A stretch of 45,358 nt of DNA from an uncultured Anaerolineales bacterium (GTDB lineage Bacteria; Chloroflexota; Anaerolineae; B4-G1; SLSP01): positions 1-45,358 of the forward strand of contig CAYXVS010000001.1 in assembly GCA_964468735.1 (NCBI GenBank). The letters are read 5' to 3'. A model generated the notes under the pieces. That model did no database searches, was not told where the DNA came from, and worked only from the letters and a program-made list of their open reading frames with translations. The position numbers were made by a program, and so were the translations under genes. Positions 31,242 to 39,458 of the stretch are shown here, piece by piece; the first letter of the stretch is position 1; each line of letters starts with the position of its first letter.

Positions 31242-32111
31242 CTACGCTTCCTCCTCTTCCTTATCAGCCGGCGGCATTAGATCCCCGCGCAGATCCTGGA
31301 TGAGATACTCCAATCCCGACTGGAGACGCTTGACGGCCTGTTTGCCCATCTGATTGAAGAAGGCCTGCCCCAACTCGCGGGCGGCTTTGCTCACCCCCTC
31401 GCTGCCGGAGCCTTCGGCCAAAGCCTGGGCGGTCTCCTGCACGACGCGCATAAACTCCAGTTGGGTCGCCAGTTCCCCGCGCAGCACCGGCGCATCGCCT
31501 CGTCCCGGGACGATGTGGCGCACATCCGTGCGCTCGGCCAGAGCCTCCAGGCTCGCCAGCCACGCATCGAAGTCCGGCGCCAGGTGCATCGGCGGCGGCT
31601 CGGAGATACTGACGGTATCCCCGGCGAAGAGCAGCTTGTGCTCCGGCACGAAGAGCGTGATGCTGCCGGGCGCAGCGCCGGCCACGCCCTCGAAGACGAA
31701 GGGCGGCGTGGTCCGATGGAATTTGAAGCGGCGGCTGAAGGCGAATTTGGGCGGGTTAGGCTTCACGTCGTCCAACAGATCGGCATCTTCTGGATAGCGC
31801 TCCTCCGTGGCCTGGAGCAAATCACGCCAGTCGCGCTCCTCGAACTTGGCGACGGTACGCAGCGCCGCCTCCGAGGCGATGACGGGGATGTTCCACAGCG
31901 CAGCGGCCACCAACCGCTCGATCTGCGCATCGGTGAGCACAACGTAGCGCACGGTGCCCACCGCGGCCTGCACCTGCTCCAGCCACGCCTGCGCGTGGCT
32001 AGAGCGCGGCGGGATGTCCACGACAAGCGCGCCGTCGTCCAGATCGATCAATCCCAGGTTGTAGGGCGGATAGCCAGATTCGATAAAGATACCAGGAGCA
32101 ACTTCTTCCAT
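31242..32111 (-). CDS. Metallo-beta-lactamase-fold protein with degenerate metal-binding motifs
   Basis: 289-aa ORF with MBL layout (...NLGLIDLDDGALVVDIP..., LFAGDTV, IVPGRG). However, HxHxDH reads TDAQIER, the GHTPG His is absent (AAPGS) and PGHG reads PGRG. Confidence 0.6.
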   Translation of the reverse strand: MEEVAPGIFIESGYPPYNLGLIDLDDGALVVDIPPRSSHAQAWLEQVQAAVGTVRYVVLTDAQIERLVAAALWNIPVIASEAALRTVAKFEERDWRDLLQATEERYPEDADLLDDVKPNPPKFAFSRRFKFHRTTPPFVFEGVAGAAPGSITLFVPEHKLLFAGDTVSISEPPPMHLAPDFDAWLASLEALAERTDVRHIVPGRGDAPVLRGELATQLEFMRVVQETAQALAEGSGSEGVSKAARELGQAFFNQMGKQAVKRLQSGLEYLIQDLRGDLMPPADKEEEEA

Positions 32112-32174
32112 AACGTCACCTCCGAATGATAGTGGCCCCAGCGCGGCACTGATGTGCTGCCCAAGGCCAAGTGA

Positions 32175-33392
32175 TTATGTGGGCAGCGCTTGATGCAGCG
32201 CCATCAAGATCGCGTCGGCGGGCGAGATGGGCGCGCCGCCCTGCGCCATCGAGGGTGCGCCGCCCCCGCGACCGCCCAGTGCATCCAAGGCCGTGCGCAG
32301 AATCGCGACAGCGTCCACCTCGTCGAGATCGTCGCTGCGGGCGCAGACCAGGCGCACGCCTTTCTCCGTCGTGACGGCCAGCAGTGCCAGCGTGGCGGGA
32401 TGCTCGCACAAGCGCGAGGCGGTCGCGCGCACCTGATCGAAGGCGCGGTCGTCCCAGTGCGCGACAACCTGACGCATCCCCACCTGCTCCGGTGCAGCGT
32501 GCCACAGACGATCTGCCTCGCAGTCCGCCAGCGTCGATTGGACGTCGCGCAGCGCGCTGTGCGTGGCCTTCGCCTCCGCCTGGATGCGCGCGACGGCCTC
32601 CGGTAACTCGTCCTCAGCGATGGAGAGGTCGGTGCTGACGTCCTGAAGCAACCGCAACGCGCGCCGATAATCGAGCAACGCCCGCGCGCCACAGCGGAAC
32701 GCGACGCGCATCCCGCCCTTGTAGCGCTCCAGCCCCGTGATCTTGATAAGCCCCACCTCGCCTGTATGGCTGACGTGCGTGCCGCCGCAGGCCGAAGCGT
32801 CGTAGCCCTGGACCCAGATCACGCGGATGCGCCCCTCGACGGCAGGCGGTTTGCGCAGCGGAATCTCCGCGATCTCGTCCTGGGAGACGAATTGTACCGT
32901 CACAGGTCGATTCTCCCATACGACGCGATTCACCTCGTCCTCCACGCGGAAGGCAGCCTCCCACGTCAGATTGGGGATTTCCAAATCGATGGTGCACGCC
33001 TCGCTGCCCAGGTGAAAGCCCACCGTGGGCGCGTCCCACACCTCGACGAATGCCGCCGAGAGCAGGTGCTGGCCCGTGTGTTGCTGCATGTGATCGAAGC
33101 GCCGCGCCCAGTTAATCCGCCCCAGGACCTCCTCTTGTTCAGGTGATAGGGGCAATTTGCTTTCCAGAAGGTGCCAGATCGCACCGTCGTCATCCTCCCA
33201 GACATCCACGACCGGCACATTTTCCAGCGTGCCTGTGTCGTGCGGCTGGCCGCCGGAGGTCGGATAGAAAGCGGTCTGATTCAAGCGGGCGGCCGGCCCG
33301 CGCTCGGTGACCCGCTCGGCTACCACGCGCGCGCGGAACTCACGCAGCGTCGCATCGGCATAGTACAAACGATGGTTCACGTCTCCTCCCAC
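32175..33392 (-). CDS. alaX: AlaX-L type alanyl-tRNA editing protein (AlaRS second additional domain + DHHA1-like C-terminus)
   Basis: 405-aa ORF. FYPTSGGQPHDTG, zinc motifs HTGQHLLSAAF and ACGGTHV, and a C-terminal GGRGGGAPSMAQGG. GTG start overlapping the upstream kinase by 16 nt. Confidence 0.85.
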   Translation of the reverse strand: MGGDVNHRLYYADATLREFRARVVAERVTERGPAARLNQTAFYPTSGGQPHDTGTLENVPVVDVWEDDDGAIWHLLESKLPLSPEQEEVLGRINWARRFDHMQQHTGQHLLSAAFVEVWDAPTVGFHLGSEACTIDLEIPNLTWEAAFRVEDEVNRVVWENRPVTVQFVSQDEIAEIPLRKPPAVEGRIRVIWVQGYDASACGGTHVSHTGEVGLIKITGLERYKGGMRVAFRCGARALLDYRRALRLLQDVSTDLSIAEDELPEAVARIQAEAKATHSALRDVQSTLADCEADRLWHAAPEQVGMRQVVAHWDDRAFDQVRATASRLCEHPATLALLAVTTEKGVRLVCARSDDLDEVDAVAILRTALDALGGRGGGAPSMAQGGAPISPADAILMALHQALPT

Positions 33393-34990
33393 GTTTCCTC
33401 CTCTACCTCCTCTAGAAATGTCAATTCGCTCTCGTCTAAGTTTCGTGGGATCGTGAAATAGAAGGTCGATCCCTCGCCCAGCGTGCTATCCAGGCCAATT
33501 TCGCCCTCATGGGCCTCAACGGCTAATTTACAGAAGGCCAAGCCCAACCCCGCGCCCTTCACATTGTCCGAATCTACCCGCACAAACGGCTCGAAGATGT
33601 GTTGGCGCTCCTCCGGCGGGATGCCGGGGCCGCTGTCCGCGACGGCGAAGTAGAACTCATCCGCATCCGCCCGCACCGTCAACGTGATCGTCCCGCCGTT
33701 AGGCGTGTATTTGATCGCGTTGGTCATAATGTTGAGCAACACACGGCGGATAACGTCCTGATCTCCCCACAGCGGCGGCAGATCCGATTGAATATTCTCC
33801 TCAATCGTGTGATTGCGTCGTTTGGCGGAGGGCATAAGTGTCTCCAAGACCTCGTCGATTAAGGGCGGGAGTTCGGTTTCGGCGATGGAGATCGTCTTCT
33901 CCTGCGATTGCAACCGCGCCATATCCAAAATATCGCTGATCAAGCGCTCCATCCGTTGGCTGCTGCGGAGGGCGATGCCCAAGACCTGGCCGATCGGCAC
34001 CGTATCGTCCTGATCGACCCAGGCGGCGTGGAGCAATTCCAGACTGTTCGTGATACTACCCAGCGGATTTCGCAGGTCGTGCACGATCATATCGGCCAAT
34101 TGCTGACGCATCTGCTCCAGCGCGACGCGATCAGTCACATCGTGGCCCAACCACTGATAGGCGCCGTTAGGCGAATAATGGGACAGATACGACATATTAA
34201 CGTCCAAAACACGGGGCGAGGCCCCACCCTCCTTAGCCGGCACGGAGAACTCCCAGGTGACGACATCGCCATCCCTGGCCCGCTCACGCATCTCGTGAAA
34301 GCGTGGCGGCGTGATATTCAACTCGGCCAAGCATGACCGCCCCTTATCCTCCTCGGAAAGCGGCAACAAATCGCGCGCTGCCTGATTGATCTCCAGCAAA
34401 TTCCCCTCTGGATCCAGGATGATGATCGGATCTAAGTTGAGATCGAATAGCCGCTGATAGCGCTCCTCTGTCTGCTGGACCTGCTCAAAAAGGCGCGCGT
34501 TTTGAATGGCAGACGCTGCCAAAGAGGCCAGCGCAGGCATCACCTCTTCCAACTCCGATAGCGAGGTCTCTGGCAGGGGGTTGACCAATTCCAGCACGGC
34601 CAAGGTCTGCTCGCCCACCTTGACGGGGACAGCGTAGATGGCGTCCGTATGAAAGCCGGTCTTGCGATCCACGCCGTTGTAGTGCCGCCCATCCGACTTC
34701 GTCTTGGGGACCCACAGCGTCTTACCGTGCTTGGCGACCCAGCCAACGATGCCCGTCCCAGCCGGCAAAGTCATCCCTACCACGTCCTGAGCGCTCTTAC
34801 CGGAGGCCGCACGGAAGACCAAGTACCCCTCCGGCTCGACGATGGCGACGGAGACCGCATCCGGCTGAAAGTGCTCGTGCGTGAGCGACATCAACACCTG
34901 CAACACATCATGGGTTTTCAGGCTGGTGCTGAGTGTGCGCGCCGCCTCGTAGAGAAACAACAGACGGTCGGTCAACTTTGGATCAGTCAA
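33377..34990 (-). CDS. Cytoplasmic GAF-PAS sensor histidine kinase
   Basis: 537-aa ORF. N-terminal GAF (GIVGWVAKHGKTLWV...), PAS, H-box IVHDLRNPLGSI, G-boxes DSGPGIP / GAGLGLAF. No TM segment. Confidence 0.9.
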   Translation of the reverse strand: MTDPKLTDRLLFLYEAARTLSTSLKTHDVLQVLMSLTHEHFQPDAVSVAIVEPEGYLVFRAASGKSAQDVVGMTLPAGTGIVGWVAKHGKTLWVPKTKSDGRHYNGVDRKTGFHTDAIYAVPVKVGEQTLAVLELVNPLPETSLSELEEVMPALASLAASAIQNARLFEQVQQTEERYQRLFDLNLDPIIILDPEGNLLEINQAARDLLPLSEEDKGRSCLAELNITPPRFHEMRERARDGDVVTWEFSVPAKEGGASPRVLDVNMSYLSHYSPNGAYQWLGHDVTDRVALEQMRQQLADMIVHDLRNPLGSITNSLELLHAAWVDQDDTVPIGQVLGIALRSSQRMERLISDILDMARLQSQEKTISIAETELPPLIDEVLETLMPSAKRRNHTIEENIQSDLPPLWGDQDVIRRVLLNIMTNAIKYTPNGGTITLTVRADADEFYFAVADSGPGIPPEERQHIFEPFVRVDSDNVKGAGLGLAFCKLAVEAHEGEIGLDSTLGEGSTFYFTIPRNLDESELTFLEEVEEETWEET

Positions 34991-35621
34991 ACGTCACAAC
35001 CTCCTTGCCGTGCAACCGCTCCAAGATTTTTTCCGTGATGAGGGAGAGATGTTCGCTGTTAGCGACAAAATCCAAACGATCCGCCGGCACCGTCAAGACG
35101 GGGCATAGCGAGAACCTCTCCAACCAATTATTATACAACACGTTAAGTTGCCCCAGATATTCCTCGGAAATCTGGCGCTCATAGGTCCGCCCGCGCTGTT
35201 GAATACGCTCCACCAACGTCGGGACCGACGCCTTGAGATAGATCACCAAGCTTGGCGGCGGGAGAATAGCCATAACGGCGTGATAAAGTTCGGAATAGGT
35301 CGTGTAATCGCGCTCCGACATCAACGCCTGCTGATAGAGATTCCGCGCAAAGATCTCCGCATCCTCATAGACCGTCCGGTCTTGGATCACGGAGTTGGGA
35401 TGCTCCCACAGTTGCCGATGATTCTTCAATCGCCGCGCCAGGAAGAAGACCTGAGAATGGAAGCTCCATTTGCACATATCCTCGTAGAAATCGGCCAGAT
35501 AGGGATTATCTCCCACACCTTCCAGATACGGCTCCCATCCCAAACGCTGACTCAGCAGGGAGGTCAACGTTGATTTTCCCACGCCGATATTGCCCGCCAC
35601 CGCAATAAAGTGTTTTTTCAA
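34983..35621 (-). CDS. Deoxynucleoside kinase (dAK/dCK/dGK family), paralogue 1
   Basis: 212-aa ORF. P-loop AGNIGVGKST, DNPYLADFY, VIQDRTVYEDAEIFA (ERS-type motif) and the Arg-rich lid RIQQRGRTYERQI. Its stop overlaps the downstream kinase start by 8 nt. Confidence 0.85.
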   Translation of the reverse strand: MKKHFIAVAGNIGVGKSTLTSLLSQRLGWEPYLEGVGDNPYLADFYEDMCKWSFHSQVFFLARRLKNHRQLWEHPNSVIQDRTVYEDAEIFARNLYQQALMSERDYTTYSELYHAVMAILPPPSLVIYLKASVPTLVERIQQRGRTYERQISEEYLGQLNVLYNNWLERFSLCPVLTVPADRLDFVANSEHLSLITEKILERLHGKEVVTFD

Positions 35622-35647
35622 TCTACTCTCCCTGGGCTAAAAACATT

Positions 35648-38320
35648 TCAGCTCGATAACGGTGTCCGCGTGAGTTTTCGGGGGAGGGTCAAGGTGAAGG
35701 TACTGCCGCGATCCTTCACGCTCTCCACGTCGATATGCCCACCATGTGCTTCGATAATCTCCCACACCACCGATAGGCCGATCCCCATGCCGCCAAAGCG
35801 GCGGGTCGTCGAACCATCCACTTGATAAAATCGCTCAAAAATCAGCTCCAAATTCTCCGGATCGATGCCGATCCCCCGATCCGAAATCACCACGACGATA
35901 AATTCTGGCGTTGACCAGCCATGGATCATCACGACGCCCCCTTCGGGGCTGAACTTGATGGCGTTCTCGATCAAATGGGTGAACGCCAGATGCAAGCGGT
36001 CGGGATTGCCAGGGGCATAGGGCAGATCTGGCGGGATTTTCATCTCGAAGCTCACGCCTTGCGCCTCCGCTTGATCCTTGAATTCTGAGATCACCACATT
36101 GAATAACCGATAGATGTTAATCGGCAGCACCGTCGTCAACTCCACGCGCCCTTTCAACGATGTGAGGCTCTCTACCATGCGCGTCAAGCTCTTAGCCCGG
36201 TAGGAAATAGTATCCAGAATCTCATTCTGTTTCGTCGTCAGCGGCCCAACCTCCTCCTCCATCAGGATACTAGCGTAGCCCGAAATCAAGCCCAAAGGCG
36301 TGCGCAACTCGTGGCTCACATTTTGAATCATCTGGAGGCGGATTTCGTTGAGAAGTCGCGCATCTTTATAGGCCTGCTTCAACTCTTTAGCCTGCCGACG
36401 GAGGCGACCCAGTAACTGCGCATTATCTAAAATCAAGGCCGCCTGATTGGCCAATGCCTGAATCCACGTCATCCGCTCGCGGAGCGCCTCCTCGCGTTGC
36501 GGCTGCTCCACCGCGACGAGCAACAACCCAACCTTACGATTCTTCGTCTGCAAGGGATGCAAAGTAACCGGATAGGGCGGCAAATGATCCATCGCCTCGG
36601 CTAACTCGCTATATTGCTCGCGGATAATATGGCGCATCTCCGGCAGAATAACGTACGTGCATTTAACATTGGAGGTCAGTCGCTCCACGCCCGTCATCGT
36701 GATGAAATTCGAAAGGTAGGTCGGCTCCTCCAAATCCGGCGTCGCGGCCCGTTTGACCCATGTCAGAGAGCCTTTCTTCTCCTCGTTCTCCCGGAAAAGA
36801 CCAACTTCCACCACCCCCCGGATCTTGCTGAGCAGGGTACGACACAGAATATCCAAGATCACCGGCACTTCATGGGCCGCGACCATCTCCATCTCTGCAT
36901 CGATGAGTTGGCGCAATAGCTGTTCGCTGCGCGAGTTGGCCTCGTAGTTACGCGCGTGCTCCAACAGCACCTCCAACTGCGTCGCCACCGTCTCCAAGAA
37001 ATGCACGGCCTTGGGCGAAATAGAGATCGGTTCCTCGTGAGCAACCGCCAACATACCCCCAATATACCCATTGGTTTGGATAGGCGCGGCAATCACTGTC
37101 CGTGCGCCACCGGTCCAGGCCATCGGCTGCGACTCTGTGCGATATAAGAACTGCCCCTCACCTATCTTTTCCCATGGCGTCGCCCCCACCGATAATTCGC
37201 TTTCCGGCCAGTGTGAGTCTGGCGTCGCGTAGAGAACATCCCCCCGCCGTTGAAAAAACGCCTGAAAAGTGTACGACATCCCTGACCGTAGAAGTTGAAG
37301 TGTGTGTTTAAGTACACCGCTTTGATCCTGCCCAGCGGTGCTCACCACCAACTCCCGCAACATCTGCGCCTCATCCAACCGCTGCCAGACCGCCTCATGC
37401 TGGCGCGCGCTGATCAACGCCCGCGTCAACTGATCCGCGAGAATCTGGAGTACGGCCATCTCATCCTCGGAGAAAGCATTCAGCTTAGGCGATTGGACAT
37501 CCAATATTCCAATCACCTCGCCGCGATCTCGCATTGGCACGCTCATCTCAGCGCGCATCTTCGGCGCCAACGTGACGCACATAGCGTCCTGACCACACGC
37601 GCTCAGCGCGGAGAGAGAACGCGCCTGCCCCGTCTGTATAACCCGCCCCACCAAATGCGGCGCCTTGACCTCCAGGCGACGATGATCGGCCGTCCATTCC
37701 CGATCATTCTCTTGATTTACAGCGTGCAACACAGCGTGCTCACCCTCTTCATCGATCAGGAAAACTCTCACCCGCTCAAAGTCCAAGTGTGACCCAATCG
37801 ATTGAACCGCACGTTCGAGCAGTTTATCCGGGTAGAGCAGATCGCTCAGTTCGCGAATCACAGTGAAGGCGGCCAGCATCCGCTCCCGTTGTTGCTGCTC
37901 ACGATCCAACACTTGACCACGTGCTGCTGCCTGCCCCATCAACGCTGCAATCTCCAACAAGTTATTCCGCTGCGATTTGTCCAACGAGGTGGCATAGGGC
38001 AACGCCAACACCAGCCCAACCGTGATAAAGGGAGAGGGAGACTCATCGACCCGAACCGCAAGCAGCATAAGGGTGTAACGGCGGCTGAGACCGAGTTGGC
38101 GAGCCAACAGGCTCTCAGCGCTCCGCTCCTTCGGAGGGTCGGAGGCGAGATATTTGCGAATCTTATTCTGCACCTCTGGACGGGAGGCATAGGCGCCATA
38201 GGCACCAATCAAGGTGACCTCTTCCGTATCCTTCAGCCCCCAGCCGATGCATTCCACCGAACACTGCACCACGCTCTGGATAATTTTTCCCGCGATTGCC
38301 ACTAAGCCAGCATCTTTCAT
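35648..38320 (-). CDS. Cytoplasmic multi-GAF sensor histidine kinase
   Basis: 890-aa ORF. Several GAF-like blocks, H-box VSHELRTPLGLI, G-boxes DRGIGI / GMGIGLSV. No TM segment and no receiver. Confidence 0.9.
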   Translation of the reverse strand: MKDAGLVAIAGKIIQSVVQCSVECIGWGLKDTEEVTLIGAYGAYASRPEVQNKIRKYLASDPPKERSAESLLARQLGLSRRYTLMLLAVRVDESPSPFITVGLVLALPYATSLDKSQRNNLLEIAALMGQAAARGQVLDREQQQRERMLAAFTVIRELSDLLYPDKLLERAVQSIGSHLDFERVRVFLIDEEGEHAVLHAVNQENDREWTADHRRLEVKAPHLVGRVIQTGQARSLSALSACGQDAMCVTLAPKMRAEMSVPMRDRGEVIGILDVQSPKLNAFSEDEMAVLQILADQLTRALISARQHEAVWQRLDEAQMLRELVVSTAGQDQSGVLKHTLQLLRSGMSYTFQAFFQRRGDVLYATPDSHWPESELSVGATPWEKIGEGQFLYRTESQPMAWTGGARTVIAAPIQTNGYIGGMLAVAHEEPISISPKAVHFLETVATQLEVLLEHARNYEANSRSEQLLRQLIDAEMEMVAAHEVPVILDILCRTLLSKIRGVVEVGLFRENEEKKGSLTWVKRAATPDLEEPTYLSNFITMTGVERLTSNVKCTYVILPEMRHIIREQYSELAEAMDHLPPYPVTLHPLQTKNRKVGLLLVAVEQPQREEALRERMTWIQALANQAALILDNAQLLGRLRRQAKELKQAYKDARLLNEIRLQMIQNVSHELRTPLGLISGYASILMEEEVGPLTTKQNEILDTISYRAKSLTRMVESLTSLKGRVELTTVLPINIYRLFNVVISEFKDQAEAQGVSFEMKIPPDLPYAPGNPDRLHLAFTHLIENAIKFSPEGGVVMIHGWSTPEFIVVVISDRGIGIDPENLELIFERFYQVDGSTTRRFGGMGIGLSVVWEIIEAHGGHIDVESVKDRGSTFTLTLPRKLTRTPLSS

Positions 38321-38377
38321 TGGTTTACCCTTGTAGGTGCTCCCCTCAACCTTCGCTTCAAATTCACTTCGATCCGG

Positions 38378-39301
38378 TTATTCTTCCAATCGAATCCCCG
38401 TGCGCTGCGCCAAGACGGCCAAGGAGCGCGCGGCCTCTCGTAATGCCGCCGCCAGTTGTGGCGAGACGCCATCGGACGTCAGCGGGGGCTGACGACCGAT
38501 CTCCCCGCCGATGCGCCCCACCGCCTCCGAGAGCGCCAAGAAGTCCCCTAATGCCTGCCAATTCGTCTCGCCGTAGGGCACAGCGGGCGCCTCGAACTCA
38601 TCGCCCCATTGCGGGCCGCGCGCCCGTGAGATCGCGGGCGCGGCAGCGGCCAGGCGCGAGATCTCCGGGAACGAGGGCTGGCGCACGCCGGACAGCGCCG
38701 CGCGAATCCGCTGCTCAATGTCGTTCAAATCATCGGCGTTGCGCACGAAGTCCAATCCATCCGTCTCGATCACCAGCAGCGCCGTCGCCTCGTACGCCGC
38801 GAAGAGATCCTCGTAGGCCTGGCGCAGCGCGCCGATGTACGCGCGATCCATCGCCCGCTCATAGGGCCGATCCCGCATCGCGATCCGATCCATCAGCGTG
38901 TCCGTCTCCGCCCGCAGATAGACCACCAGATCCGGCGGCACGATCTTCTCCGAAAGCACGGCGTAGAGCTTGTCGTACATCTCCAGCTCGTCGCCGGTGA
39001 CGTTGAGATGCGCGAAGAGTTGATCCTTGCGGAAGAAATAATCGGCCAACAGCGCGCCTTGTTGCAACATCCCCGGCGCTCTCTGCTGCTGGCGATAGCG
39101 GTTCAGCAGGAAGAAGAGCTGGGTCTGGAAGGCGTACCGAGCGCGGTCGCCGTAGAAATCCGAAAGGAAGGGGTTTTCGTCAAACGCTTCGAGCAGCGTG
39201 CGCGCGGAGAAGCGCGACTGTAACAGCCGCGCCAGCGTCGTCTTCCCCACACCGATGACGCCCTCGAAGGCGATGTATGGGTGATTGGTTGAGATATTCA
39301 C
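38378..39301 (-). CDS. Deoxynucleoside kinase paralogue 2 with ~100-aa C-terminal extension
   Basis: 307-aa ORF, GTG start. P-loop GVIGVGKTT, ENPFLSDFY, LLADYFFRKDQLFA, lid RIAMRDRPYERAMD. Residues ~206-307 carry no kinase motif. Confidence 0.8.
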   Translation of the reverse strand: MNISTNHPYIAFEGVIGVGKTTLARLLQSRFSARTLLEAFDENPFLSDFYGDRARYAFQTQLFFLLNRYRQQQRAPGMLQQGALLADYFFRKDQLFAHLNVTGDELEMYDKLYAVLSEKIVPPDLVVYLRAETDTLMDRIAMRDRPYERAMDRAYIGALRQAYEDLFAAYEATALLVIETDGLDFVRNADDLNDIEQRIRAALSGVRQPSFPEISRLAAAAPAISRARGPQWGDEFEAPAVPYGETNWQALGDFLALSEAVGRIGGEIGRQPPLTSDGVSPQLAAALREAARSLAVLAQRTGIRLEE

Positions 39302-39328
39302 GCGATTTTGTTATCCTCCTACAAAAGA

Positions 39329-39360
39329 GTTGAAAGTTACAGGTTAAAAGTTGAAGGTTG
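39329..39360 (-). repeat. Leader repeat GTTGAAAGTTACAGGTTAAAAGTTGAAGGTTG, shared with 2151-2168
   Basis: Contains GTTGAAAGTTA and GTTAAAAGTT, both identical to 2151-2167. It sits just 5' (in mRNA sense) of the AGGAGG of dNK paralogue 2. Confidence 0.7.
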
Positions 39361-39410
39361 TCCAAGATCAAACGTCAAAAGGTCTAAAGCTTTGCGTCCT
39401 TGCGTTTTTG

Positions 39411-39439
39411 AGGATACTTTCATCAAGCGAAAAAGTCAA
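39411..39439 (-). promoter_or_regulatory. Candidate sigma70-type promoter for the dNK/GAF-kinase operon
   Basis: The minus strand reads TTGACT (39439-39434), a 17-nt spacer, then TATCCT (39416-39411). It lies ~110 nt upstream of the GTG at 39301. Confidence 0.4.
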
Positions 39440-39458
39440 GAATTTCAAGTTGCAAGGA

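Noticed and set aside
38296-39000. 234-aa plus-strand ORF rich in Pro/Arg/Ala
   Set aside because: It is an antisense shadow of the well-supported dNK2 gene in high-G+C DNA, with low-complexity composition and no motifs. The same reasoning applies to 11428-12501, 12768-13916, 13282-14022, 15089-15742, 15739-16380, 23621-24481, 25141-25887, 39702-40472 and the other listed ORFs that overlap homology-supported genes.
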